Shown: positions 24,597-37,973, numbered from the stretch's first letter. The stretch: 64,000 bases of DNA from Bugula neritina (GCA_964035545.1 OZ037772.1:496001-560000); one strand, 5' to 3'. A program made the numbers and translations. Notes: a model not told the origin generated them from the sequence alone.

Positions 24597-27500
24597 GTAG
24601 AGATGGAGTACCTGGACCTGTTGAGATCGGTTATCAGGGTAAACAAGGAGATCAAGGTCCTGCAGGTAAGAATGAGGAGTTACTCACCCTTGCTTGTGTA
24701 TTTCTGTTCTTTTTAGGTATTCTATAATATGCTGGGGTTTCCCTCACAGCTATTATATATGCTGGAATTCCCCTCACACCTATGATATATGCCGGGGTTT
24801 CCCTCACAGCTATGCTATATGCTGGGGTTTCCCTCACAGCTATTATATATGCTGGAATTCCCCTCACACCTATGCTATATGCCGGGGTTTCCCTCACAGA
24901 TATTCTATATGCTGGGGTTTCCCTCACAGATATGCTATATGCTGGGGTTCTCCTCACAGCTAGTCTGCACTAAGGCAGGGAGTAGGCTAAGTAATCATAT
25001 TGAATCCCAGCAGTGCTTGTTACTTCAACTGACAGGATTACTGTGTATGATAGTTACTCTGAGTGGTTTCCATGGATCATTTTTACCATATTGTTTGCCA
25101 CATGATGCATTGTCTTAGTAAAAACAAGAAAACAAAGAAATATACCAGAAATGTTGAGAATTGTGGTGTTCCAGAATTAATAAATGACCACTTGTAATGC
25201 GTACTGGTGCTGCTTGGTTCATAGGACCTGTCGAACAAGCTGGAGAACCTGGTCTGGATGGCAGAAATGGAAAGACAGGAGAAACTGCACGAACTAGTAT
25301 GCCTGGTCCAACCGGCTCAAGGGGGGTCACTGGAGAACCCGGATCTGATGGAAGGTATTTTTTGTGCTTTACTCTACCCTATGCAGCTTCTTGGAACTTT
25401 TTATTTGATTTAGTTTTTATAATTTGTTATCAATTTTTTCAGAGACGGTTTACCTGGAGTACCGGGTGCTGATGGTAGACCTGGGGAGCAGGGTGATCAA
25501 GGAGACAAGGGTGATAAGGTAAGAACATTCTTTATTCAGTTTTCTATTTATTTCAGTTCTCTGGTTTTCCACTAGTCAATCCTGTAGTTGTTTATTTGTT
25601 TTAGTTTATTTATGTTAATACTAAAGTTGCTTCAGTGACATCACATGATGTAATATATTACATAACAGTGCAGTATAATACACCATAATATAATATGTTA
25701 TACAATACAATAATATTACAGAAAATATAATTCACTAATATCTCACAGCTAAGGTGTGTCTCCTAAATATATTCATTACTATAGGGACCAGCTGGGCCAC
25801 AGGGTGCTTCTGGACCAACTGGATTGTCTGGGCCAACTGGTCCTCAGGGACCCCAGGGAGCTTCCGGGAATTCCCGGCGAACAAGGACCTAAAGGTATGA
25901 ATTAAGTTGAACCAATCTTTGTCCTTAGTTATTGGCCATCAACAGAATCTTGACTCTAAGAGTTATCCTACTTGGTAAGAAGGTAAGGCAATTCCTAACT
26001 CATGATAATATGAATATCATCTGCTGTTGTAAGACCCACTGGTTTCCAGGGACCTCAGGGATTCCTCGGAGCTCCTGGTGTTGATGGTTAAAGGGGAGAT
26101 GTTGGATCAGTTGGCATTGCTGGACCACCCGGGCTACGGGGTGCTGACGGCAAAGAAGGAATAACTGGTCTTCTGGTGCTATGGGACCACCTGGACCTGA
26201 TGGTGCTAAGGTAAACACTTACACTGTTAGCAGGTTATTGTTATTCATCTTGTTGGTTTAGTGGTAATAAACCAATAGTTCTAGGGTGAGCAAAGGAGAG
26301 TTGGGGAAATGGGTAGTCCTGGCAGTCCTGGACCTCCTGGACCACCTGGTGAAGCCCCAGTATTTGGTTAGTTATTAGCAAAGCCAAGTTATTGTCCATT
26401 ACTTGTATCTTTTTTTATTTTCTTTCAACTGTTTATTGGTAATATTTTGGGAATTTCATCCATAGCCTGTGGTTGAAGCTTTATTTTATTCTACCATGGG
26501 TTATGTTAGGTGCGCCCCCTATGATGATGAGTGCAATGATGTCCAACGGTAAAGGTGTACAAGCAGATGATGCAGGCGCCAACAATGAGCTCTATAATAT
26601 GTACCTCAGTGAGTAATGGTCATGATGTGCTTTGATGTTGCCTGCTTTGTAGTGGAAAAGATCTTTTAAATAGTGTTTTGGAACTCAAATGACGGACCTG
26701 TTTCAAATTGTGTGTATGTTTTTACAGACAAACAATTTTATAATTTACTGCTAGAAACTATTGTAATAAAAATATAGACAGCTGTTATAATGTATTTTTC
26801 CTCCTAGCATTGATGATTGACATTCTTGTTTGATGAGTCACCTATTTAGTTCGTTTCTCCAGTTAAATGTTTCTACATTCTGACATATTATATAATGTTG
26901 ATTTATTGCTGTTAGCTTACATAACTACTTCCACTTTATTTCTCTAGAAACAGAAGTAAGAGACGGGTCCAAAGACGGCCCTGTTAGAGACTGTAGAGAA
27001 CTCTTCACTGAAAACCCAGACTTCAAAAGTGGAACTTATTGGGTGAGATAAGATGCTGATATGTTTCTATTTTCTCTGCTCAGAAGAAATCTGCATCCAA
27101 GTCTAATGACTGAAATTTTGTGAACATGTTTTACATTCTACAATTACTACTCCTGAGGTGTCAATATCATGTCACGTGAAGTTTCCACAGATATTTAATG
27201 TTTAAGAATAAGAGTTTTTCCATGAGTTGCCTGTATTATATAATTCTGTATATTTAACAGCTGAACAGGTTTTAGAAGTTTTATGTGATGTTTGTATTGT
27301 GTTAGTGTGAAAAAGAGAAGTTGTATTCTCTATTGTTTGTTGTCAGGTGGATCCAGATGGTGGCTCCATAGCTAATGCTATCCAGGCTTACTGTCGCAAG
27401 GAAATGAAGAGCACTTGCATCAATGCCAAGACCTCTGAGTTTGCCACCAAATCGTACGTCACCCAGCAGCTAGATAATCAGCCATTCGTTGCTAAACACA

Positions 27501-28520
27501 TGGGAACAACAATTGTGAGTGTTTATCTTGCATCAACCATGACTTTCTCAGTAATACTTGAGAATATTCAAAAGTTTTATGTTGAGAATTGTCGCTATAG
27601 TAACATATTTGTTTACTGTATGGATGTTGATAAGTGTTGCTATAGTAACATGTTGGTTTCCTGTATGGATGTTGATAAGTGTTGCTATAGTAACATGTTG
27701 GTTTCCTGTATGGATTGTAGTTTGAGTATCAGGCAGAGTCTTCCCAACTCAACTTCCTTCGAATTCATTCTGAGAGAGCAAAGCAAACCCTGACTTACAG
27801 GTAATAGTCACTGCTAGCAGCTTATCAAATAGTCACTAGTTGCTAGTCACCAGTTGCTAGTTGCCAATCACCAGATACTAGTCCTCTACTATGTTGCAAG
27901 TCACTTGATAATCTGAACAATCACAGGCTTTTTTAAGCTGAGCGAGTTGTTGGTATGACTATTCCTTTTGTCGATTGTAGATGTATAAACTCAGTGGCGG
28001 TAGAAGACGCATACGGTAGGAAGAATAAGTCAGTCATTTTATATACAGCTGGTGATAAAGAATACACAGCGACAGATAGCAGGTTTCAATATTCAGTGCT
28101 GCAGGATGATTGCAAGGTATGTAAATGTGACCTATATAATGTAAATCTGACCTATATAGTGTAAACCTGATCTATATAGTGTAAATCTGACTTCTATAGT
28201 GTGAATATGACCTGCATATGCACATGATTGCGATAGTTGCATCTTTTGTTCTATTAATTTACTGTGGAGCTTGCTTTTGAGGCTTGTAATAAATGTTTAC
28301 GAGTTCAACCCAAAAGCCACTTTGAGTGCTGTACGAGTTTAGAGTTTTGAGTTTGCCGTCTGCCATTTTGTAGTATGCCAAATCATCAGAAGCTCAGACA
28401 GTGATTGAGATCGACACCAAGACCGCCACCCACTTGCCTATTATTGACATTGCTCCTGGTGACATCTGGACCACCCACAAAGAGTTTGGGGTTCAGCTTG
28501 GAGAAGTCTGCTTTTCATAG
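24597..28520 (+). pseudogene. Fibrillar collagen, 3' portion (end of triple helix, C-telopeptide, COLFI C-propeptide), 5'-truncated pseudogene
   Basis: Gly-X-Y exons near 24597, 25224, 25443, 25784, 26033, 26285 ending GPPGPP; KGVQADD telopeptide; DGSKDGPVRDC..SGTYW/VDPDGG, QLNFLR..QTLTY/RCINS, DDCK, LPIIDIAP..EFGVQLGEVCFS*; Gly substitutions and frameshifts near 25863 and 26065-26175. Confidence 0.9.
24722..24961. repeat. 30-bp intronic minisatellite (gctggggtttccctcacagctattatatat), 8 units
   Basis: Tandem units. Confidence 0.92.
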
Positions 28521-29585
28521 ACTCATATCTAACAACAGTTTTATTTGTCTGATTTGTAAGACTGTCCCTGATTAGATAATTAGTGGCCAATCAGAGAATT
28601 CAATCAATGTTGGTTGGCTGAGACCAGCAGTCTGATTCTTATATAACCTAATTTTTAAATGAAATATTTGATTACTCTAAATAAATTTATCCGAGACTTC
28701 CAAGGCAGTGATGGTGATTTTTGTACATATAAATTTGAAGGAGTTTAGCTATAGGGTTTATGCTGTTCTTTTAATTATTCCACCATAACCTGAGATTGTG
28801 AGTAGTAGTTCTAGAATGAGGTAGGGAGGGTGTAACGCCCTTCCCTATGACTTTATATATTTAGAAACTGTTGTTAATTTAGTAATTCTGTTGGTGCTAC
28901 ATTTTTAAATTCATTTAATCCAACCATTTCTCTATTACAAAATATATTTTACCATAAGGTGCTACACAATTTATTTCTCAGCTTGTAGATTTCATCATCA
29001 AAATTATTGAAGTAATAAAATTGGTCAAGAATTTGAAAGAAGCTGCAGTTTTCAGATCTGATTATTTAACCTATTCATCCTGAAATGAGACATTGTTAGT
29101 TTAAAATGGAATTTAACATATATTTTAGTTACTTAGTTCCAACTGTGTTGACCATATCCACATTTTAAATTTTACTTTGGCTGCTATGAAGTATATAAGC
29201 AAATGGCATTGAGTTATTAATATATAATAAGGTTTGCAAAGACTTAACATACCAAGCAACTGTGACAAGACATGACAATAACTCCAGCCAATCATACATA
29301 TCATACATACATCATACATAGCCTAAAATGGATCATTTTAAAAATTTGTAAATCATACTCAAACCTAATCAACAGCTTTAACTTATGTAGCTATGAGAAA
29401 TATGTAATTTTTAAACAACCGGAGTTATCCACTCTCAACAAACGCAAAGAGCGAAGTGTGAAAATTCCACGCTAGTGACCTGCCACACACAGTGCGTGTG
29501 TTGCGAGTGCAAAATATTATTAGCAAATGATGTTAGCGTTAAACTTTACTGCTCGCCTACAGATGTTTGTTTTTAAACAGCGTCA

Positions 29586-29972
29586 CTATGTTATACAGTA
29601 TATTATGTCATACAGTATATTATGTCATACAGTATACTATGTTATACAGTATATTATGTTATACAGTATATTATGTTATACAGTATATTATGTTATACAG
29701 TATACTATGTTATACAGTATACTATGTTATACAGTATAGTATGTTATACAGTATACTATGTTATACAGTATATCATGTTATACAGTATACTATGTTATAC
29801 AGTATATTATGTTATACAGTATATTATGTTATACAGTATACTATGTTATACAGTATACTATGTTATACAGTATATTATGTTATACAGTATATTATGTTAT
29901 ACAGTATACTATGTTATACGGTATATTATGTTATACGGTATACTATGTTATACAGTATACTATGTTATACAG
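29586..29972. repeat. 17-bp satellite (tatactatgttatacag), left part
   Basis: Tandem units, interrupted by a LINE. Confidence 0.95.
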
Positions 29973-31948
29973 TTTGTTTGTTTGTTTGTTTGGTTTATTT
30001 CATCAAAGGTATTTAATAACACAAGGACATTAGAAAATGCCAAGGAGGCGATGATGAGGCCCATTGCGCTATAGCCTAGCTAGTCATGCGCGGGCCAACA
30101 CGAGCTGACAGCGACTCTATCCAGAAAAATACAAAAAAAATACAACTATTCTAACAGATAAAGCCTCAACTTCCTCCCAAATTCATTAGGGTTGCTAATT
30201 GACCGTAAAGGGATTGGCAGTTCATTCCATAGTGCCACCTCCTGATAACAGTTTCTTCTGTGACCTGCTGCTGTTTGAGAGTGAGGAAGGGGGAGATTTA
30301 TGAATGATTGACGTGTATTGATAGAGTGAGTGGGAAAAAAATTGTCAGAGTAGAAAAAAGAATGAGCTTTCTTTAACACTTTAAAACGGTAAATCTGGTA
30401 TATTGAGAGAACTTTATGCTTAGTAAATAGAGGCGCTGATGGATGGTCAAACGGTTTTTTGTTCATGATACGCATTACCTTTTTTTGAAAAATAAAAATC
30501 TTGTTTAGATGGGTATTAGCTGCATTTCCCCAGGCCTCTGCACAATAATTTAACTTGGAATTGATGAAAGAATTATATATCAAAAGTAAAATTTTTTGAG
30601 GGAGATATTCAGAACATCGGTATATTAATCCACTAAGTGGTCGTAATTTTGTAAGTAGGTTTGAGATGTGCAAGCTCCAATTTAAATTTTTATCTATTTG
30701 TACACCTAGAAAAGTTATGCTGTTAGAGTAATTTATAGGTCTTTTATTTAATAATATACAGTTTTCTAGAATTTGAAAAGGATTTTGGTAGTTTTTTAAA
30801 ACAATATAGTTGCATTTTTCATAGTTTATAGTGAGTTTGTTTTTATTGCACCAAATTGACAGAGAGTTTAGATCTTGATTTATAGCTTCCAAATGGGAGT
30901 TCAAATCTTTTGATTCAAAAAATAAATTAGTGTCGTCGGCATAGAAAATGGGATTAAAAAGTTTAAATTGTTGAGCAAGATCGTTTATATATATCAAAAA
31001 TAAGGTAGGGCCCAAGACAGATCCCTGGGGAACCCCACAGGTCACTGATCGTGAACTTGATAAGGTTGCATTTACTAGTGTGGAATGACTTCGGTTTGAT
31101 AGGTAGTTAGCAACCCATGACACTGTGGATTCACTAAAACCAAGTTTTCTCATTTTTGCAAGTAAAATATTGTGATTTATAGTGTCAAAAGCCTTACTAA
31201 AATCTATAAAAATTCCGAGAACGCAATTTCCATTGTTAAAAGCTTCGAGCGTATTATTTTTAAATTTAACAACAGCATCTGCAGTACTTAAATTTTTTCG
31301 AAAGCCATATTGATTCTTAGAAATCAAATTTTTAGATTCTAAAAAGTTTAAAATTTGATTGTTAACAATTTTTTCAAGTATTTTACTAAAAATGGGGAGG
31401 ATTGAAATAGGGCGGTAGTTTTCACATCTGTCATGAGAACCTTTTTTGTAGAATGGTAATATTTTAGCAGTTTTAATTTGCGCTGGAACAATTTTTTCTT
31501 CTATGCTTTTGTTAAATAAATAGGCAAGTGGTGTAGATAGTGAAATTTTGCAAAATTTGATAAGTTTAGTCGGGATATTGTCTAAACCTATAGCTTTCTT
31601 GGAATCTAGTTTTTCAATGATCTCAATTATTTGAGATTCATCAGTTTTTTTTAAATGAAATTCTTCTTTAGTAATATTTGTCAGCATTGAGTAGGTATCG
31701 GAGTTCGAATTTGTAAAATTTGAAGCTAGTTTTTGGGCTATTGTTGAAAAATACAGATTGAAATTGTTAGCTATATCCATATTGCTATCTAGCATGGTCT
31801 CAGAGTCCTCAACCGAATACAGTTTTGATGAAAAGCATCTTTTGTTTAGTTTGGCTTTCCCTGTTTGTTCATTTATAAGTACCCAAAGCTGCGAACTGTT
31901 ACAATTGCTAATAAAAGCTTTAAAATAATCATATTTAGCGGTTCTCAG
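29973..31948 (-). mobile_element. 5'-truncated non-LTR retrotransposon (CR1/L2 group) with (CAAA)n tail
   Basis: RT ORF; 3' end AATAAA followed by (CAAA)n on the minus strand at about 29973-29998; 5' end merges into the satellite at cagtat. Confidence 0.92.
30146..31948 (-). CDS. LINE ORF2 reverse transcriptase domain, endonuclease lost; frame stays open upstream of the Met at 31795 to the truncation point
   Basis: NYRPISIL, QYGFR, DFSKAFD, GVPQGSVLGP, YADD, FLG motifs; upstream LRTAKYDYF..QLWVLIN linker in frame. Confidence 0.9.
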   Translation of the reverse strand: MRTAKYDYFKAFISNCNSSQLWVLINEQTGKAKLNKRCFSSKLYSVEDSETMLDSNMDIANNFNLYFSTIAQKLASNFTNSNSDTYSMLTNITKEEFHLKKTDESQIIEIIEKLDSKKAIGLDNIPTKLIKFCKISLSTPLAYLFNKSIEEKIVPAQIKTAKILPFYKKGSHDRCENYRPISILPIFSKILEKIVNNQILNFLESKNLISKNQYGFRKNLSTADAVVKFKNNTLEAFNNGNCVLGIFIDFSKAFDTINHNILLAKMRKLGFSESTVSWVANYLSNRSHSTLVNATLSSSRSVTCGVPQGSVLGPTLFLIYINDLAQQFKLFNPIFYADDTNLFFESKDLNSHLEAINQDLNSLSIWCNKNKLTINYEKCNYIVLKNYQNPFQILENCILLNKRPINYSNSITFLGVQIDKNLNWSLHISNLLTKLRPLSGLIYRCSEYLPQKILLLIYNSFINSKLNYCAEAWGNAANTHLNKIFIFQKKVMRIMNKKPFDHPSAPLFTKHKVLSIYQIYRFKVLKKAHSFFYSDNFFPTHSINTRQSFINLPLPHSQTAAGHRRNCYQEVALWNELPIPLRSISNPNEFGRKLRLYLLE

Positions 31949-33460
31949 TATACTATGTTATACAGTATACTATGTTATACAGTATACTATGTTATACAGT
32001 ATACTATGTTATACAGTATACTATGTTATACAGTATATTATGTTATACAGTATACTATGTTATACAGTATACTATGTTATACAGTATATTATGTTATACA
32101 GTATATTATGTTATACTGTATATTATGTTATACAGTATATTATGTTATACAGTATACTATGTTATACAGTATACTATGTTATACAGTATATTATGTTATA
32201 CAGTATATTATGTTATACAGTATATTATGTTATACAGTATACTATGTTATACAGTATATTATACAGTATACTATGTTATACAGTATACTATGTTATACAG
32301 TATATTATGTTATACAGTATACTATGTTATACAGTATATTATGTTATACAGTATATTATGTTATACAGTATACTATGTTATACAGTATACTATGTTATAC
32401 AGTGTATTATGTTATACATTATACTATGCTATACAGTATACTACGTTATACAGTATATTATGTTATACAGTATATTATGTTATACAGTATACTATGTTAT
32501 ACATTATACTATGCTATACAGTATACTACGTTATACAGTATATTATGTTATACAGTATATTATGTTATACAGTATACTATGTTATACAGTATATTATGTT
32601 ATACACTATACTATGTTATACAGTATACTATGTTATACAGTATACTATGTTATACAGTATATATTATGTTATACAGTATACTATGTTATACAGTATATTA
32701 TGTTATACAGTATATACTATGTTATACAGTATACTATGTTATACAGTATATATTATGTTATACAGTATATTATGTTATACAGTATACTATGTTATACAGT
32801 ATACTATGTTATACAGTATATTATGTTATACAGTATATTATGTTATACAGTATATTATGTTATACAGTATACTATGTTATACAGTATATTATACAGTATA
32901 CTATGTTATACAGTATACTATGTTATACAGTATATTATGTTATACAGTATACTATGTTATACAGTATATTATGTTATACAGTATATTATGTTATACAGTA
33001 TATTATGTTATACAGTATACTATGTTATACAGTGTATTATGTTATACATTATACTATGCTATACAGTATACTACGTTATACAGTATATTATGTTATACAG
33101 TATATTATGTTATACAGTATACTATGTTATACATTATACTATGCTATACAGTATACTACGTTATACAGTATATTATGTTATACAGTATATTATGTTATAC
33201 AGTATACTATGTTATACAGTATATTATGTTATACAGTATATTATGTTATACACTATACTATGTTATACAGTATATTATGTTATACAGTATACTATGTTAT
33301 ACAGTATATATTATGTTATACAGTATACTATGTTATACAGTATTTTATGTTATACAGTATATACTATGTTATACAGTATACTATGTTATACAGTATATAT
33401 TATGTTATACAGTATATTATGTTATACAGTATACTATGTTATACAGTATATTATGTTATA
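31946..33460. repeat. 17-bp satellite (tatactatgttatacag), right part
   Basis: About 1.5 kb of tandem units with repeated blocks of variants. Confidence 0.96.
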
Positions 33461-33789
33461 TTAATCAACATACAAATGAGATGCTCTTGTCAGTCTATTA
33501 TGATGAATATTATACACTGGAACTGGGTTACTCTCTCACCTCCCCTCACTGCAGCTCAGCTGGACCAGATCTTCCCAAGTGATGAAGATTTTTTTTCTAA
33601 AAATTTCACAGTTTGTTATCAGCTCTTTGAGCTCTTGCCTTGTTTTCAAGATTACATGTACTGTATATGTATAACTATAACTCCTTCATTTTATGTAGTT
33701 CATATATTTATCCACACTACACTCTACAATCTAAGTTTACTTCTACATCCATGTGTCTATTATTCACTCTACCCTAGCTGCTACCCCTC

Positions 33790-34642
33790 CTACTACGAAT
33801 GAAGGTTCAGAAGTTTGAATTGGAAGCAAAACCAACAGGAAGTTTAAGCAGCAATGCAAGCTCATTTCTATAAACTATACACACTGCATACATATAGTGG
33901 ATATATTTCCTGTGTTCCAGTACAATCATCACATCATCACTCTTCATTATGGCAGCATCAATCTTTTTAAAGCTGAACTCAAGTTGTGACCTTGACACAA
34001 TTCTGTGATACAACTATCCTCACACTCAATAAATTATTAGAAAAAGAACCTGTTTCAGAGATATCTTTCAAAAAGCATTTCTGCAAATATATTTGAACTT
34101 TTAACATTATTTGACAGTATTCTCCTGAGCTACCTTCATAAGAGAGTTACATGAGAGTGTCATTGAGCTGGTTTACAGTGAAGGAGGATTTGCTGAATTC
34201 TGTGTTTCCACAAGCAAACTCTACCCACACATTGCTGACAATACACTAACAGTTTTAGTGCCATTCAGCACCACGTTTTTATATAAGATAGGATTCCTTC
34301 AATTAATATGCTAATGGTTAGGAATCAGCAAATGAAGTGCCTTGACCTGCAAAGTGACCTACAATGTACAGCTTGCCAAAACCCAAGTCAAACTTAAGCA
34401 AGCTGCAGCACAAATTCACCAGCTGCAGCCATAGTATTAATAATTAAACTGCTCTGTGCTTTTTACATGCATAATATAATAATCATAATCTTATATTATA
34501 ATCAAATAAACTAGAACAAATATAGACTTCTATTGTATATTATGCCTATCATTCATAAATTGCACTTTTAGAAAGAGGGGAACTTAATAGTAAACAGTTA
34601 TGGAAGGGGAGATGGTGGTATGAAGAAGGTTTGGAACCACTG
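33790..34642 (+). mobile_element. Degenerate hAT (Charlie/Buster-like) transposon 3' remnant
   Basis: AEFCVSTSKLYPHIADNTLTVLVPFSTTFLYKIGF resembles the hAT dimerisation motif FW..YP.L...LLPF.STYLCE.GFS; right TIR aaggtttggaaccactg; left boundary approximate. Confidence 0.65.
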
Positions 34643-37217
34643 AGCTAGAGGAACCACCACACCTCTACCATAGCATCACATCCCTCTGCCATCTTGATTG
34701 CAGCCTGCCAGTTAAGAAAATTCAGGATTAATCAGATGTTCAGTGATGTGGCTGAATATGCTAGTACTAAACAGCTCAACTTAAACATTATAAAAATATT
34801 TTACATAATGAAAGTACAAACAAAAAGATGCAAGTGCTAGCTGACACTGAAGACTACTAATAAGAGACAAAGTCCTTGTAAAGATTTTGCTACTAAAAAG
34901 GACATAGATGTTATCGGTATTTTTGTAATTTGAAAATATACAGGACCGGAATTAGATATTCTAAAATAGCTCAATTGAAAAACATGCACACCTGGTGCCC
35001 TGGATAATTTTTCAGATTTCAACCTTAGAGTTGTCTCTCTTCGAGGCTAAAATATAGCGCTCCGCTCAATGAATGCAACATTTCTTTCACGTGATTATTA
35101 TAGAGTGTTGAGTTGAGTGACGTGTTATAATCCTTCTGCACGCAGAACTTCCTCGTTATTTTGGTTTTATTCATATTGTGCCTTTTTTCAGTTACTACTT
35201 ACTAGTTACCAAGTTTCTTACCAGTTTACAGACTGACACTAGTGACTCTCGTGAGGCGAAAACAGTTTTAATCATCTCATCATTTCTCAAATTAATCAGG
35301 TACTTTAATAGTAATACTTACACTTAAGTTAGATTTACTATTTACTATTTACTAATTTAGTATTTAGTATTTTATTAAATATAATTGTTTCTCTTTCAGT
35401 CTTTGATTTGAAATTTGCAATAGACATAGTAATACCATAGCTCATAGGCATATGATCTATAATTAATTAATTATAATGATTTATCGAATAATATAAATAT
35501 GAATATCGTATTAATGATATTAAGTTTATTATAATTATAAAAAATTTAATCGACTTCAAGTTTAGGTTCAAGTTTTAATACTGAAAAATTGATCTACTAG
35601 TAGTAGTACTAGTACTACTACTACTACTATTCATATTGTGCCTCATCTCAGTTATTAGTTACCAAGTGTCCGACCAGTTTACTGACTAACACTATTGACT
35701 CTCGTGAGGTGAGAGCATTTTGAGTCATCTCATCATTTCTCAAATTAATCAGGTACTTTACTACTTACAGTTTCCGTTAGATTTACTAATTACTTTGTCT
35801 TTTAGACTAAGAGTACTACAATATGACTATGAGTATAGACTATAGTGTATACTATTACTATTAGTATTAGTATTACTATTAGTATTAGTATTACTATTAG
35901 TATTATAATTTGTATTGTTGTATGAGTAATTAGTATTATCTTCTTTCACTCATTGCACTACATTTACTATAACTATAAGTATAATTATAACTATAAACTT
36001 AAAGTGTAAGTTACTATATTAATTTTACTGCACTACTATAACTGTCAGTATTACTTTTAGCGTTGCAGTTGGTCTTACTGCCAGTGCCAGGTCTGCTACC
36101 AACATCATTAAATTTATTTATAATGATAATATTGCCATTGGTGATTATCACACAATATTATTGATTATCGACATAGCTCGACTTTGTTAAGTCAATATTT
36201 AACAAGTTGGTTTTATAATACTAATATCAATAGGTTTATTATAACCAGTGAGTCGCTTATTTTTACTTTGTGAATTTATGATTGTAGCATTTTCATACTT
36301 ATAATATTTATTGCAAATTTTTGAATTAATGTTACACTTACTCAATTTGAATATCAGAATATCTTACCACTGGCACTAGTCAGTTATTAATTAATGACAG
36401 TGCATAGTGATCACTGCATGTGATACATTGTCATACCCTGCACATCCCAATGCACTGCCCTTCTGGATTCATTGTGAATAGCGTATTCGGTTGGCTTATA
36501 TTATTTTACTCAGCTTTGATTATACAACTAACATGTACTACACTGCTCTAATTTATGTAACAATGCTTGCTAGTTGCTGCTATCTTTACCTCTATATTTC
36601 TGTCATTCAAAAACTAACATAATTACATAATAGGTACATAATTGAAATTTGACTATTCTATAAATTACTGAGAATATAAGGTTAGCCACATTTATATGAT
36701 GTACTCTTGTTGTAGACATAAAATATGAGGTTAGTGTTAATAAATCATTTGCTAGGTAAGAGTGTAAAATAAATAATTGGCTAGAGATGAGTGTAGAAGC
36801 TGCCAACTCATGAAACAACTACACCTGACCTAACAGAAGCACAAACATGTTAGATTAGTTTGTTTCACACCACCATAGTTTCTATTAGATGATTAGAATA
36901 GCAAACTAGCCGTTGATGGCATGTTTCCTGGCTGGTCGAAGGATGACTCTAAGTAACATATTAGCCAATGCATCACCAATATTCCCGAGATGTTAAAATA
37001 AGTTTTTTAATTTAGATTATTAAGATAACAAATAATTTTTAACACCCAGCACAAAATATTTTATGAGACTATGTTTTCTCCCACTGCTATGTTTCCCCCT
37101 GTTTTGTGTCTTAGCGTGAGCCCACTCTACATATTAGAAACAATTGATTAGTGATGTTCAATAGAAGTAGAATAAAAGTGTTCACTGAAGCACACAGCAT
37201 TGCTTCATATTTACTGT

Positions 37218-37973
37218 CACTGCGTTTCCATTATCGCATTATGCGAATGGATTTGCTCATTCGCCCTATGGAAACAGTTGCATCGAAGCAAAACCGCAGC
37301 CGGAAATTACACCGAACGGCTCCTTCGATGAAAATTTTCCTTCGCATTATGCGCATCATGGAAATGGTTCCTTCGGTTAAATCGAATGAAACCTTTTGTG
37401 TCGGAGGCAGAGATCAGCACTTGTGGCGGCTAGTTACATAGTTACGCGATGTAAACAATAATTATAAGTTGCAACCTACGCTAAAGTGTACTATGACTTT
37501 TAAAAATTTAAATTTTTTTATTTATCCTAGCTGCTATTATTTAGAATAATTACTAATCATCTTAAATTTTGTAAAACTTTTCTGCAAGCCAAAGCTTTCT
37601 TGAGCTAAAAATAAGTTGACAGCTATTTTCATTTTGAAAATTTAAATTACTTTTAAGCTTTAGTTTATCGATCAAGAAATACTTTATCATTATGCTTTCA
37701 TTGGTTTATGTTTTTTTATTTCAAATAAACTGACTCAAAGTTTGTGTATTTAATTGATTTAATCTATCAAAAATGGGGACAGAATTAAAAAATTGTCGTT
37801 GTGCATGAACTCAAACTCAAAGTTGGCCATATTAATTATAATTTTAGTTCAGCCGTCACAGTTGCAAAGAGAAGATAACTTCGTACGGATTGCATAGGAA
37901 CGTGTGGTTTTTCCTTCGATGTAATCCGTACGGGCATCCGTACGCATTCATTCGCCTTCATGGAAACGCAGTG
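37218..37973. mobile_element. MITE with 14-bp TIRs (CACTGCGTTTCCAT) and 3-bp TSD TGT; PIF/Harbinger or CACTA-type
   Basis: Perfect TIR pair at 37218-37231 and 37960-37973; tgt on both flanks; AT-rich non-coding interior. Confidence 0.82.

Noticed and set aside
24652-25118. Overlapping repetitive ORFs
   Set aside because: 30-bp intronic minisatellite.
31865-33802. Long ORFs of 645, 536 and 491 aa in three frames (and 29527-30074)
   Set aside because: Translations of the 17-bp satellite, which lacks stop codons on the + strand; no protein signature.
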